DNA of 63,484 bases, the filler included, from Octopus bimaculoides (lineage: Eukaryota): NCBI RefSeq assembly GCF_001194135.2. It is 6 parts of 5 records of this genome, joined end to end, with 100 filler letters (N's around TTAATTAATTAA, not from the genome) between each part and the next. Parts side by side here need not be neighbours in the genome. Positions count along the whole stretch, not along the records: positions 34,485 to 58,725 come from NC_068990.1; 5 more parts are not named here. One strand, written 5' to 3'. The notes beneath the pieces were generated by a model. It was given only the letters and a program-made list of their open reading frames with translations, had not been told where the DNA came from and searched no databases. This document shows, in pieces, positions 36,117 through 49,101 of the stretch. The position numbers and the translations under genes were made by a program. Within the stretch, counting starts at the first letter, position 1. Every line of letters starts with the position of its first letter.

Positions 36117-37959
36117 TCTCTATAGAAATTTATTGTTTCAAGAAAGCATTNNNNNNNNNNNNNNNNNNNNNNNNNNNNNNNNNNNNNNNNNNNNNNNNNN
36201 NNNNNNNNNNNNNNNNNNNNNNNNNNNNNNNNNNNNNNNNNNNNNNNNNNNNNNNNNNNNNNNNNNNNNNNNNNNNNNNNNNNNNNNNNNNNNNNNNNNN
36301 NNNNNNNNNNNNNNNNNNNNNNNNNNNNNNNNNNNNNNNNNNNNNNNNNNNNNNNNNNNNNNNNNNNNNNNNNNNNNNNNNNNNNNNNNNNNNNNNNNNN
36401 NNNNNNNNNNNNNNNNNNNNNNNNNNNNNNNNNNNNNNNNNNNNNNNNNNNNNNNNNNNNNNNNNNNNNNNNNNNNNNNNNNNNNNNNNNNNNNNNNNNN
36501 NNNNNNNNNNNNNNNNNNNNNNNNNNNNNNNNNNNNNNNNNNNNNNNNNNNNNNNNNNNNNNNNNNNNNNNNNNNNNNNNNNNNNNNNNNNNNNNNNNNN
36601 NNNNNNNNNNNNNNNNNNNNNNNNNNNNNNNNNNNNNNNNNNNNNNNNNNNNNNNNNNNNNNNNNNNNNNNNNNNNNNNNNNNNTTTTTTTTTTTTTTTT
36701 TTAAATTTCTTATTTTGTTTTTGAAGGAATTACTGATAATTTACTGACAGAAGTAACTTCAAAAAATTCACTTAAATCCGTACACTTAGTTAATTTCCCT
36801 AAAAATTCCTTATTTACTTTTCAATGGTTTCGTGTTTTTCTTTTGTTAACGTTTTTTTTCTGGTTTCTTCGATACTGACTCGTTGGTTCACTGACAAATT
36901 TCGCTTCAACCCGTACAATTCTTTATTTTCTGTAAGAATTTCTTATTTACTTTCTGCCCGTCATATTAAGAAATTTTATAATTAGAGATATATTTTCCGT
37001 TACCCAGTTATTTTCATTGTTTACTATCTTCTGTATTTCTGTATACGTATATACCCATGCCTAGAAGGAAAGTGTCAAATTTGCCTACAATGTCAAGGTC
37101 AGTCAAAAAATGTATCTATCCAGGAAAAGAGAGATAGCTGCAGAAAGGGAAGCATACCAAGAAACGAACAGACTGTGCACTACAAAAGCGAGAGCATCTC
37201 AAAGTGATGAACAGAGGTATGCACGGCTGACAAGGAACAGGCTCTCCCCTGTAGGAACGAAGAGCAGTTGCAACAGCTCAGAGGAGCAACTTCTATGAAT
37301 CAGCTTTCAATTACGATCCAGCAGATCATTATGCCGATGACACTAGAGTTTCTATTGGTGAAATGACAACTGAGTACATACATTGTAAAGCAAGGAAGTG
37401 GCCTGGAGAGACACCTGCACTGTGCTGCAGTGGTGGAAAGGTTAAACTCCCTGCAATCCCCCAACCTCCAGAGCCATTGCAGAAACTGTTGATATCAACT
37501 GACTAAGATTCTAAGAACTTCCGAAACAAAATTAAACAATACAACGCTGCACTACACCATTTGGAGCCACAAGAAATTTAACTGAGCCAAGATTCATACA
37601 AACTTTCAAAATCCAAGGTCAGATTTATCATCGGATTGTCTCTCTACAACTTCTGCCGAATGAATCACAAAAATTGGCTTTTAATTGTTTATAATCTGTA
37701 CCTGTTTTTTGGTTAAGAAATAAGCTAGGCAAAACGTGTTTTTGAATTATGTGTATTTACTTTATATACATATATGAGTTGAAAACTTTCTTTTAACATT
37801 TCACTTAACGTCTATGATCCATGCTGGCATGGGTTGGAAAGTTATAAATGGAGAAACTTGGTATTTCAGCTATTAGCAGTTGAGCTGTGCGTACTCTAGA
37901 CGGTGTTTTTAAATTTCATTATTCTCTTTAACCCGGGCAACGCCAGATATTTCTACTAG
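36117..37959 (+). mobile_element. Internally deleted Helitron; the 5' end at 36117 is tentative and lies across a gap
   Basis: 3' hairpin cccgggcaacgccag followed by CTAG|T at 37956-37960; possible A|TC 5' end at 36117; Rep/Hel N-terminal remnant inside. Confidence 0.75.
37057..37672 (+). pseudogene. Helitron Rep/helicase N-terminal remnant
   Basis: AFNYDP..SIGEMTT..HCKARKWPGETPALCCSGGKVKLPAIPQPPEPLQKLL..F..KIKQYNAA..FKIQGQIYHRI, with frameshifts and stops. Confidence 0.88.
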
Positions 37960-38200
37960 TATAATATAAGATAACATAATGTAACCAATTTTTAAAAAAA
38001 ATTGGTTATATTATCTTATATTATATAGTATATTATATTATATTATATTATAATGTAATAAATTGTCAGGTTTTCAATTGTATTTCTCTATTTAATTTAT
38101 TATTTGTGGTATCCAACTACCGTACCAGTGAATTGAGTGTTTTACACACATTTGAAGGAATCGTTTTCTCCTTCGTTTATTTTGTGTGTGTGTGTGTGTG

Positions 38201-38235
<35 letters not shown>

Positions 38236-38261
38236 AGTTTACATATTAAACATAAGTAGCA

Positions 38262-38530
38262 GAAATTTGGTGGGAGGGAGCCAGTCAATTAGATCGACCC
38301 CAGCACCAAACGGTACTTAATTTATCGACTCCGAAAGGATGAAAGGCAAAGTCGACCTCGGCGGAATTTGAACTCAGAACGTAAAGACAGACGGATACGT
38401 TAAGCATTTCGCCCGGCGTGCTAACGTTTCTGCCTGCTGGCCGCCTTAAAGATTTAGTCAACCTCGGCGGAATTTGAACGCAAAGACGGACGAAATACCG
38501 CTAAGCATTTTGTCCGCCGCGGTAATGACT
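38262..38530 (-). mobile_element. SINE family A plus an adjacent partial copy
   Basis: Family A head and central domain on the minus strand. Confidence 0.85.
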
Positions 38531-39074
38531 GCCAATTTTCCGCCTTACCGATGCTCGGTGTTGAATTCAGTGGTGAGAGGAGCTCCTGTAGCTGGAGTGA
38601 CATATACATGTACTCTGGTGAATGAAAATTCATAAAGTACTGCATTAACAGTACTGTTAGCGTCTCGAATAAAATGCATTCCGACATTTTTTTCTGGTTT
38701 ACAACACTGCTAAACAACTCGATTTTACCTGTAATCCTTTCGGAGATCGACAAATAAATTACCAGCTAAGTATTCTCTCTCCCTTTTCGAATCAGCTACC
38801 TTAAAGGGGCTATGAAGGAGTTTTGTTTTTTATTGCGACTCCACTGATCATTTCAATAAAGCTCTGAAGATCCCATAAAGGTCCAACAGTATGGCTTCTT
38901 CTAAAGAGATTATGAAGCCAATAAAAAAAATATCAGAAGTACTTATGTCTGTTGATATTTTTTAGTCCCAAGTCAACTTTTTGCGAGAAGACACACCTAT
39001 GATCAAAGACGATGCCATCGTCTTTGATGGCACCGTAACCATCAAGTCTTTATTTCTTTATGTCATTATCAGTT

Positions 39075-39420
39075 AGTGTAAGGTGGAGAGCTGGTAGAAT
39101 CGTTAGCACGCCAATAAAAAAATGCTTAGCTGCATTTCTTCCGGCCTTATGCTATGAGTTCAAATTCTGCCGATGTAGAATTCGCCTTTCATCCTTTCGG
39201 TGTCGATAAAATAAACGCTGCGGTCGATGTAATCGATTTACCCACTCCTTCGAAATTGCTGATCTCGTGCCAAATTTGAAACCAATATTATTTCAATTCC
39301 AGTCAAGGTCAACTTAGTCTTTCATCCTTCTAGGTGATAAAATAAAGAACTAGTTAACTAGATAAGAGGAGTTGATGTATTTGACTAAACCCCTCCCTCA
39401 AAATACTTGATTTGTTCCTA
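39075..39420 (+). mobile_element. Two tandem decayed SINE family A copies
   Basis: aaggtggagagctggtagaatcgttagcacg.. followed by a second gcc/gtctttcatccttc unit. Confidence 0.75.
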
Positions 39421-39459
39421 AATTAGAAATCACTGTCTATCTATCTAACTGTCTATCTA

Positions 39460-39495
<36 letters not shown>

Positions 39496-39945
39496 CGCGT
39501 AATTACAGTTATATGAATGTTCGGTCTCTGTTGTAATACTAGGTATAGATCAATGATTGCTGTCTTATAAGCAATATTCTCTCTTCTTAAATGTGTACTT
39601 GTGCGTGAAAATCCGTCACGCAATAGGCACACAAAGGAAATTAAGCTTCTCACATAATACTAAATTAAACAATAATATTTCAACATTTGTTTGAAACAAG
39701 TGATAAATGGTACAAAGTAGTGCTTTGTTAACTACTCTACTTTATTCTCAAGCCTAAATGTGATATACACATATGTGGACTTAACAGAGAAACAATAATT
39801 ATCTTCATGTCTCACAGGAAATAATAGTTGCTGAAGTAACCGAGCGTAAGTATTTAGTCTCATTCCTTTAGGTTCAAACTGTGCTGGCGTCGACATTTCC
39901 TTTCATCTTTCCGGAATGCTATGCCCTCTGTCATTAATAATATTA

Positions 39946-41088
39946 CAGGGTGATTGGAAAGTAACTCCCTATTTTAAAATACTTATAATTTGTTTATTAA
40001 CTATAATTTTTAGAAAAAATGAATATGTTAAGAAAGTGTTTAGCATGGAGTTTTATCTAAAATTCGATGTAGGCACCAGCATTCATCCCCAGCTTCTCAA
40101 GCCACCCAGGAACCGCATCAACTGATTTCATTAGGACCTCCTCTTGTGGGATGGAAGACATAACTTCTCGTATTCGCCCTTCAAGTTCTTCCAAAGTCGT
40201 TGGTTTGGTAGAGCAGACTTGCTCCTTTAACCAACCCCAAAGAAAGAAGTCGCAGAGTGTTAATTCAGGGCTTCTGGCCGGCCAATCATGAGGACCTTGA
40301 CGACCCATCCATCTCCCAGGGAAGTGGGCATTCAACCATTCACGAACAATAGCAAAATAATGTGGAGGGAAGAGGGTGGGTAAATGTTTTTGGTCAAGAG
40401 GGAGAAAAAATATATATGCATGAAAAAGGCAAGAAAGAATGGGGAAGAATCGCGGCGGCAGATATTGATTTTCAGTTGAGGAATGTATATTATGTGCTGT
40501 GAGTGTGTTTACAGTATGAAGTAATAGAGGTGTATGTTGGTGTATGTATTTGTAAGTTTACGAAAGGAGGGGGTAAGAGGGGGAGGTAGGTGAAATAAGA
40601 AAAATAATTTTTGGGAAGGTGACGAAAATCAAATCTTCAATATTCTCCCAAGTACTGATAACTGGCCAGATTTCACCTTGCAGCATGGTGAGCTACCTTT
40701 CAGCATTCATGGTATTACAACGGATGAGATAACCCACAATCTTATCTGAAGTCATTCCACACCATACCGTTACTTTGTGCCGATTCTGCATTTTTTCAGA
40801 GGTAATACGAGGATCTTCTCCTGCCCAGTAGTGACAGATGTGACGGTTCAGAGACTTATCGATGTGGAATACCGCTTCATCACTTCAGAGGATATTCTTA
40901 AAGAGATCAGATCATGTCTGTAGGGCTTCTAAATTTCAAACAAAATAATCGATCTGAAAAAAAAAATAACAACAACATAGAATCAATTCCCATACATTAA
41001 AGAACATACACAACAAATTTGAGAAAAATATTGTTAATAAATAAATTATAAGTATTTTAAGATAGGGAATTACTTGTCAATCACCCTG
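39946..41088 (-). mobile_element. Tc1/mariner DD41D (rosa/Visitor-type) element, internally deleted
   Basis: About 55-bp TIRs (CAGGGTGATT..AAGTAA.TCCCTAT.TTAAAATACTTATAATTT) with TA on the left. Remnants SDEAVFH, KVTVWCG and PPHYFAIVREWLNAHFPGRW..WPARSPELTLCDFFLWG give 41 residues between catalytic D2 (position inferred from a canonical QDGA) and D3. Confidence 0.88.
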
Positions 41089-41431
41089 AATATAAAGTTC
41101 CTAGTTGTCCGCTTTACAGGTGTGGCGTTGTCTGTGACTGAGCAGTCCGATGCGTGAATGGCAGTCTTTGCCATAAAAGCTGCACTTGTGGGCTGTCCCG
41201 GTGTTGTGTGAGTTGTACTATTCTATTTTATGGATCCACCGCTACATCTATCAGTCTTCCTTCTGATTTCAGCTGCCTGGGCGAACTGGTTGCTTCTCCA
41301 TCTGGAGTGGGCGATAGCTGTTCATTGGGATCTGAGGATTCCCCCACCGTCGGGAACAATCCCTTTTTGAATAAGAATAAATTGATTAGGAAAGGAGAGC
41401 CTTGACTAGTAAACTTTGAACATCTTCCTAG

Positions 41432-41826
41432 ATTTACTCTTTTACTTGTTTCAGTCATTTGACTACGGCCATGCGTCGGACTGCTCAGTCACCTTTAGTC
41501 GAGCAAATCGACCCCGGGACTTATTCTTTGTAAGCCTAGTACTTATTCTATCGGTCTCTTGTGCTGAACCACTAAGTGACGGGGACATAAACACACCAGC
41601 ATCGGTTGTCAAGCAATGCTAGGGGGACAAACAGACACACAAACATACACACACACACATATATATACATACATACTACGGGATTCTTTCAGTTTCTGTC
41701 TACCAAATCCACACACAAGTCTTTGGTCGGCCCGAGGCTATAGTAGAAGACACATGCCCAAGATGCCACGCAGTGGGACTGTACCCGATTGGTAAGCAAG
41801 CAACTTACCACACAGCCACTCCTGCG
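41432..41826 (-). mobile_element. SINE family B, near full length
   Basis: Minus-strand head cgcaggagtggctgtgtggtaag..cagtcccactgcgtggc; body matches 6635-7015. Confidence 0.9.
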
Positions 41827-43524
41827 GTATTTATAACGGAAAATGCGAATATGGAACGAACCGAGAGTTTGGCTCAAATACTTGCTCCACATGTAAAGTC
41901 TATTACAGTGAAGCAAAGGTAGCCAGGTAGCGTTATTAAACTGGGTGATGTATTAGGCCGACCTAATATAGGTGAGTCTAATTCACACACAAATTGAGAT
42001 GTGAGACACAGTAAACGAGAGTATGGTGATGATGATGATGACGACGACGCGTTGATGATGATGATAAGGAGGAGGAAGAGGAAGACGAGAAAAGGGTCGG
42101 AGGAAAGCGACATGGTCCAAAGGGTGAGTTAAAGCAAAGGATGATGTAGAAGCGGTTGAAGAAGTAACTGATGAATAGAATCAGGAGTGCACTAAAAAAA
42201 AATACCTCGCTGTATTTAAATATCTGTTGTGATCCCCTCGGCCTTTTATCCTTCTGGGATCGATAAATAAGTACCGGCCAAGTATTTATTTTATTGATAC
42301 TAATATTTGTGACCTCATATCAAAGAAGAAATCAATATTGTTATATTCAGAAGTATCAGTAATTACCAATTAAGTGTGTGCTCGTTAGAATGGGTAATTT
42401 TAGTGAGCGTGTGTGTGTGTCTGTATGTGTGTGCTAGAGTGAGTAATTTTAGTGTATGTTTGTATGTGTTAGGAGGATTTTAGTGTGTGTAAATGTGTAT
42501 GTTTATGTGTTCGTCTGTATATGCGTGTATTTACATGTAAATACATACACTATTAAATGCGGACAATATAAAATACAGTATATAATAGACTATCTATCTT
42601 ACACACTGGTATAAAAATATAGAAATGTGCATACCATGATATAGGTAGACTATGATAAGCACATGCTATTACACACACTATGACATTCACATGCTATGAT
42701 ACATACACACACTAATACACACATTACATGTATATTAGCGTGTTTATTTTATTCTACATGTTCTATATGTGTCCCATGGTGTGCATGTGAGTGAGAACGT
42801 GGATGAGTATGTTAAGTCATTCCTAAAATTAAGCTTGGAACCCTTGTTTACTGATTCTATGAATAACATCATTACAGTAACAATTTTATTACCCTTTCAT
42901 TTACGCAGTTTCTTTGTCTATTAGTTATATAGAATTCAGCATTAGCATACGAAGTAGCGAAGATCAAATTTATGTGGTGTACACCTTCAACACGTTCTTG
43001 TAAACTAGGACATGAAAGACAATCACTGTGTGATTTTGTCTTGAAGAAAAGTTTCCCTTTGTAGCCAGATAAGGCTTCTCGGCGTGGTTTCGCCACTTCA
43101 GTGATACACACCTTCATTTATTTAATTACATTCACAGCTAGGATGATTCAGAGGAATGTTAAGTCGAACCCAGAACTAAACTGGGACTTTATGTCATCTA
43201 ACTTGGACGTATGATTACGCCAGGAATTGAATTCAGAAGGTAAACGGCTATAATGTATATTCTCCGATGCACTGACGATTCAATTAATCTATTGTTGTTC
43301 ATGTTCCAAATTTTTTAGTATCTCATAATTTATTTCATCATCTGTGTACAGCTGTATTTTACACGTTCGTGTTCAATCAACGTTGAAAGTTCTTCGCTGC
43401 AGAAAGGGTCTCCGAAAAGAAATTGATCTCATAAACAGCGTGTGTGAAAAACGCCGCTTAGCGTGTACGGTATTACTGACAGCAATGGAACGTCAGGGGA
43501 AAACTTTATTGTATTCTCTTACAG

Positions 43525-43570
43525 AGATCAAATGTGGTTAGGCATCCAAATGCTAGTAGAACATATGATG
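43525..43570 (+). CDS. Candidate 46-nt exon
   Basis: Acceptor ttattgtattctcttacag and donor ATG|GTAAGT; two of three frames are open. No homology recognised. Confidence 0.15.
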
Positions 43571-43672
43571 GTAAGTTCCAAATAACGGCAATGGTGAAAC
43601 GTAAGTAGGAACTAATAATTTATACTTGCCTTTACTTTAATTTTCCAATTCAGATTTAAGGAAGTGTTTTCC

Positions 43673-45730
43673 CATTAGCAGATAGTGAGGAAATCATCCT
43701 CATTAGCAGATAGTGAGGAAATCCTCATTAGCAGATAGTGAGGAAATCCGGTAGGAAATGCTTTCCACAATAGATTTTAGGACGGAGGCGGGGGCTGGAG
43801 GAGAAGTTCACGTAGTGGAGGTTTTCCACAGGTTTGTGGTATGGGTAGAAGGTCTGGTTTTGCAAGTCCATGGTTACGTCTAAGAAATTAGCCGTTTTAA
43901 CGTTGTTACAGGAGATGCTGAAGCCAACGTTTAAAAAAAATATATTTTTCTAATGTTCTATACTCCGGTTGCTAGAATTTTGGATTACAAACAGAGCGTC
44001 GTCTCTGTATAGACCATCAAATATGTTAGGGAATTATTCATGGAGACCGTTAAGTTAGTAAAGTCCTACAAGGTCCGTAACTTGGCGGAATCGCTAGCCT
44101 CCATGGGAATGTCGAAAAATTTAGGTGTATCTTTGCAGGCCCAGGATTTCCTATCGAACAGTATGATATTTCATCAGGCTGCTAATATTGTATCAATATA
44201 GTCGCGAGATAGGTTGGAATGTTTTCTGGAGCAAATTAGGGCCTTATTTAGAAGAATAGGAGAAATGCTGGAGTAGTGTTGATCAATGTCGACTTGTATA
44301 AATTCAAAGTTATGCTTAGGGCATAGAGAATTGAACCACTAGATAGCTTCAGAGGTTTTGGTTCAGAGTTTTAATGTAGATGTGGTCGAAAGTTGGGGTA
44401 TTATCCGATCGAGTATAAATTTGTTGATAGTACCAATATCGGAGCTGCAGGGGAAGAAGAGGCGAACGTAGGGATTCGCTGCGAATTTTTCTTTGTGATC
44501 CTTTAAGCTTATATGGGGTGGGTGAGGTGTGGAAGGTTCGGTTCTATCTGCATGTCCAAGTTTAAAAATGAGATCTCTATTTTTGCGGTTCATTTCTTTT
44601 ATAGCCAAATCAGGTACAGTTCTGTAGTCCTTGTGTAGTTGTCTGAGTATTAAATCTCGGTATTTGTCCAGGGGAGCATTGCAAAAATTGCCTGTCTTAT
44701 CAGCGTGGATGAGAATTCCAAGGTATTTCTGAAGTTTCTTGATAATCTTATCGATTTTGATTAGGTGGGAGTGGGTTGCTTTTCTTTTGGGTTTAAATTT
44801 TATGTTTTTTACCATATCGGTAATGTCCTCTTCAAAATTGTCAAGGTGTTGGTTAGGAGATGAGTTTTTGCGAGATCTAAATTCGCGGAGTAGGACTTAG
44901 TGGCTTAGGTTATCAGAGTTAGTAGTAGAATTGCAGAGGGAGGAGAAATATTTCTATCGAATCTTTCGAATCAATTTCGTTGGTAAGTGGGATATCCTTA
45001 GGCAACAAGTTTAATTTCATTTTCTCCATTTCCGTGTCTTCCACACAGTTAGCACTCACTAGATTAGGAACAAGTTATATTTAAATGTAAAATACAAGGA
45101 TTGAGGTGTAGGAAGAAGGTTAGCTTCAAGCAATCCGTAGTAAATAGCCGGGCTACATATGTTTCATAGCGAGTAGAGCCCACAGAAGTGCTAAATATCC
45201 AAGCGAAGTGTATACCGCAGGCTACTCTTCAGGTCAAGGATATCTTGATGAAAGGAAAGTTTACATTGCCGCAACGAGGTACATGTTAACGCATAGAAGA
45301 TACAATCAAAATGTCTAGAAAGCACAGTAGGAGAGGAGAATATAAATGTAGTGAGAAATAACTCTAGTTCACTCTAACTTTGAAGGTGGTGCTACATGAG
45401 CCGATATATGTGTAGCTAAAGTTGGTAGTCGATACTGTACACTTATAAACAATGCTTTTTGTGAGACAGAGGTTATCTAAAGGACAGTAGGTTGGGTGTC
45501 TGAAGCTGCATAGGTTTGTAGGGGGTGTTCCAGATGAACTTTTGAAGGGATAGCTACGCCTTCTCTCAAAGTAGTAGAGCTTCAGTGCTTTTGGCCTCTT
45601 CCAGCAGCCTAGCTGTTGCATCGAGGCAATTTTCTTGTAGTGACGTTTTGTAATGACCATAATTGGGAGCAGAAATCGAGGCAACTGAGCACGAATGTTC
45701 TCCAATGGAGCAACATGGTTTCCTTTTCCG
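43673..45730 (-). mobile_element. Penelope-like element in partial-tandem arrangement: GIY-YIG 3' part and pLTR, then the N-terminus and RT of the next unit; decayed
   Basis: CPLDNLCLTKSIVYKCTV..YTYIGSCSTTFKVR (45364-45560). Then ADKTGN, LKDHKEKF..PYVRL..SDIG, F..VDI..YSSI, DLVGLY, GLYRDDAL and RISSLSANE between 44815 and 43690. Confidence 0.88.
45148..45239 (-). ncRNA. Degenerate type I hammerhead in the PLE pLTR
   Basis: CUGAAGA (45232-45226), stem II GUAGC/GCUAU, GAAA, palindromic ACAUAUGU, GUA triplet; stem I pairs only partly. Confidence 0.5.
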
Positions 45731-45783
45731 TGTTTTAAACACACACACAACGCGCACGCACACACACACATACACACACACAC

Positions 45784-45820
<37 letters not shown>

Positions 45821-46377
45821 GAGCGAGAGACAGAGATGACTATATTATTGGAAATGAGATTTTAATTAATATAAACAGCAAAATATTTATTGCATAAAAT
45901 AACACGTAGGATAAAATATTTATTTGAAGAGTAGTTTGATAACCTCTGCTCGGCGAAATATTGAAGTCTCAGTATCATTTCAAACCACCCACACGCGCGT
46001 ACGTGCGCGCGCGCACACACACGCACACAAACGCACATACACGTACGTAGATATGTTCATGCATATATATATATTTGTGTGCATATATNNNNNNNNNNNN
46101 NNNNNNNNNNNNNNNNNNNNNNNNNNNNNNNNNNNNNNNNNNNNNNNNNNNNNNNNNNNNNNNNNNNNNNNNNNNNNNNNNNNNNNNNNNNNNNNNNNNN
46201 NNNNNNNNNNNNNNNNNNNNNNNNNNNNNNNNNNNNNNNNNNNNNNNNNNNNNNNNNNNNNNNNNNNNNNNNNNNNNNNNNNNNNNNNNNNNNNNNNNNN
46301 NNNNNNNNNNNNNNNNNNNNNNNNNNNNNNNNNNNNNNNNNNNNNNNNNNNNNNNNNNNNNNNNNNNNNNNNNNNNN

Positions 46378-46421
<44 letters not shown>

Positions 46422-47869
46422 GCACACACACATACATATATTATTATTCCGTACGCTACCATGAAATGAAATCAATCAAACTTAACTCAGTAAACACGGG
46501 TAAACGTACACAGAACGGAAACACAATCGCGTGACATAAACAAGCGCGCGCACCTATCTCACACTGTAATGGCACTTAACAGTAACAGAATATATTTTAA
46601 TTTCATGAAAACTATATTTAATGTATCTATATTCATTGAACTTGAAAGGCAGCGGATATTGTGCCTAACTTCAAAATATTAATCATTTACTGAATTACCC
46701 ATTGATTTCTATTTATGAAATTAACATTTCTATAATACATTGGATATAGTGTACTTCATATGTCTAAAAAATAATATTTATACTTCTGTTTTGGATAAAG
46801 ACTGCCTGCCTTGCCTACCATGACAATTCATAGACACACGCACACAGAAGCACGCACAATCATACACCTACGGGTTATGGCAGCTTTTCTGCGGTCGACT
46901 TTCTTGCAACAAATAGTAACCGAATCTCTCTTATATCACATTATACTGTTTTAAAATAGTACATCTTATATAATGTACGATTCAATATCATAAATCCCCA
47001 TTACTCCAATTAATAATACATTTCATGTATTACCTATGTTTTGCTATAATCTCTTTCGAAATAGTCCCGTTAGGAACATACACATAACTCGTTGGCAAAT
47101 TTACCAAGCTCCTTGCAAGATTTGATGCAGGTATTTTACTCGTACTTGTTATTCTTTGTAAAAATCACAGAGACGGACTCACAAAGCCTTGAATAATAAT
47201 TGAGTACGAGTAGAGAATATGAAGCCTATTCACACATTGCTATGGCATGCAAATCAACACAGAGGATGTTGGTAATAGATGGACAGCCTGGAAAAAGATG
47301 GAGACCGGTGGAACGCGTCATTTTTATACGAAGGGAGAAAACAGATGCTCGAATAGGCCAAACGGAAGTGGATCAAGTCACAAAGAGCAGGCGGTAAGTT
47401 ATGCCGGAAGCATAACCCTTGTCGACGTTTCAGGGATAATTTCCTCTCAGTCCATTTCTGAGTGAGGCTGGCTACATTGCTTGTAATCTCGTCGCACTTT
47501 CTGTTCACTTAGAGGTCCAAGCCAAATAGTTTAACCGAGCAGTTCAACCGTTCCGGTTGCCCAGCAACCTATTATGCTGTTCGATTGCATAGACTTGCCT
47601 TTCCAAGTACCAAGCCGAAAGCCCACTGACATGTTCCTGCCATCGTCTCATATTGTTTTAGAATGGAGTCGACTACTTCCACTTCTGTAATATCCAGTAC
47701 CATTACGGTGACGTCATTCCTATACGCTGACACAGCTCTCCTTCATCCCAACTCAAAAGGGATTTCCCTCAAGATTTCTTACTTTTCTAGTAATAGCTGT
47801 GAAACCAGCAATTATAAAATCAATAAAAGTGTACGCGATATGAAACGCTTTTGTGAAGTGATCATTCAC

Positions 47870-48118
47870 TTTGGTCATCAAGCAAGAGTCATACGTAAAG
47901 ACAGAGTGAAATTTCCCAGTTCCCATGGCGTATATATTCCCCACCTGGACGGGACATTGGTCCGTCACAGGATTACTCATTTTTGCCAGCTGAGTGGACT
48001 GGAGCAACGTGAAATTAAGTGTTTTACTCAAGAACACAGCGCATCGCCCGGTTCAGGAGTCGAAACCGAAATTTTACGATGATGAGTCCAAAACCCTAAC
48101 CACTAAACCACGCGCCCC
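47870..48118 (-). mobile_element. tRNA-derived SINE with a V-domain-like centre
   Basis: A box TGGTTTAGTGG, B box GGTTTCGACTCC; CCTGTGACGGACCAATGTCCCGTCCAGG resembles the V-SINE conserved domain. Confidence 0.75.
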
Positions 48119-48259
48119 CACAGAGACATACCAGCATTTGAAAACGTATCCAAAACCGGGTGTTTTTAGGATAGCTTGCAAGTAGCGACGGTCGACCCTG
48201 TCGAAAACTTTCGATTAATCCAAACTGATCAGGGCCCAAACAACGCCAAATTTATTACC

Positions 48260-48580
48260 AGCTTCCTTGTGAGTGAATTTGATTGACAGAAATTGAAAGA
48301 AGCTTGTCATGTGTGTGTGTGTGTGTGTTTGTGTGTGGGGGGGGGGCGCGTTTATGTGAATCTGTGTGCTTTTGTATTTGTGTTTGCTCCCATCACTGCT
48401 TGACAAACAGATTTGGTTTGGATACGTCCCCTTAACTTAGTCGTCCGACAAAAAAGGGTACGACAGAAGAAGTACCCTACTTAAAAATTATTACTGGGAT
48501 CAGTTTGTTAGACTAAACGCTTGAAGGTAGTGCTACAGCATGACCGCACTCCAAAGACTGAAACAAATAAATGACAAAAG
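48260..48580 (+). mobile_element. Decayed SINE family B, 5'-truncated
   Basis: ccttgtgagtgaattt..gacagaaattgaaagaagc..gcttgacaa..gactgaaacaa. Confidence 0.7.
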
Positions 48581-49059
48581 ATACTCTATATCAGCGACAA
48601 TGCGTTAGTGAACGAGAAATAGCGATAACGATATTGAAGATTTAATATTGCTCCGCTTCAAGCTCATCTTCAACTGGTCTTTGATTCAATTCTTCGATTC
48701 TGTTCCAATCATGAGTTGACCTTGGATTAGCCGGCCGTAGAGGATCTGGTGGAAGAGGCACGATCCAGACATGCTATATGTCAGAGTTATCTCAGTTGAT
48801 GCCTGTATACAGGCCTCTCTTAACAAGATCACAGGGCCCTGTCTCGGGAAAAAGCAATGTACTGGGGCCCCTACCTAAGCAACTACACCAGTACGTAGAG
48901 TCGTGTTGGGTTCCTACACCCTTGAGTCCACTGGGAAGCTGCTCTATGTGTCCATGCATTATGATGGCACTGCTTGCATGGGTGGGTGGATTCAATGCTG
49001 CTTTTGTTGATTCGATAGAGGATTTCTGGGTACATAATCATCATTTGCCAGGTGATTTG

Positions 49060-49064
49060 AAAAG

Positions 49065-49101
<37 letters not shown>

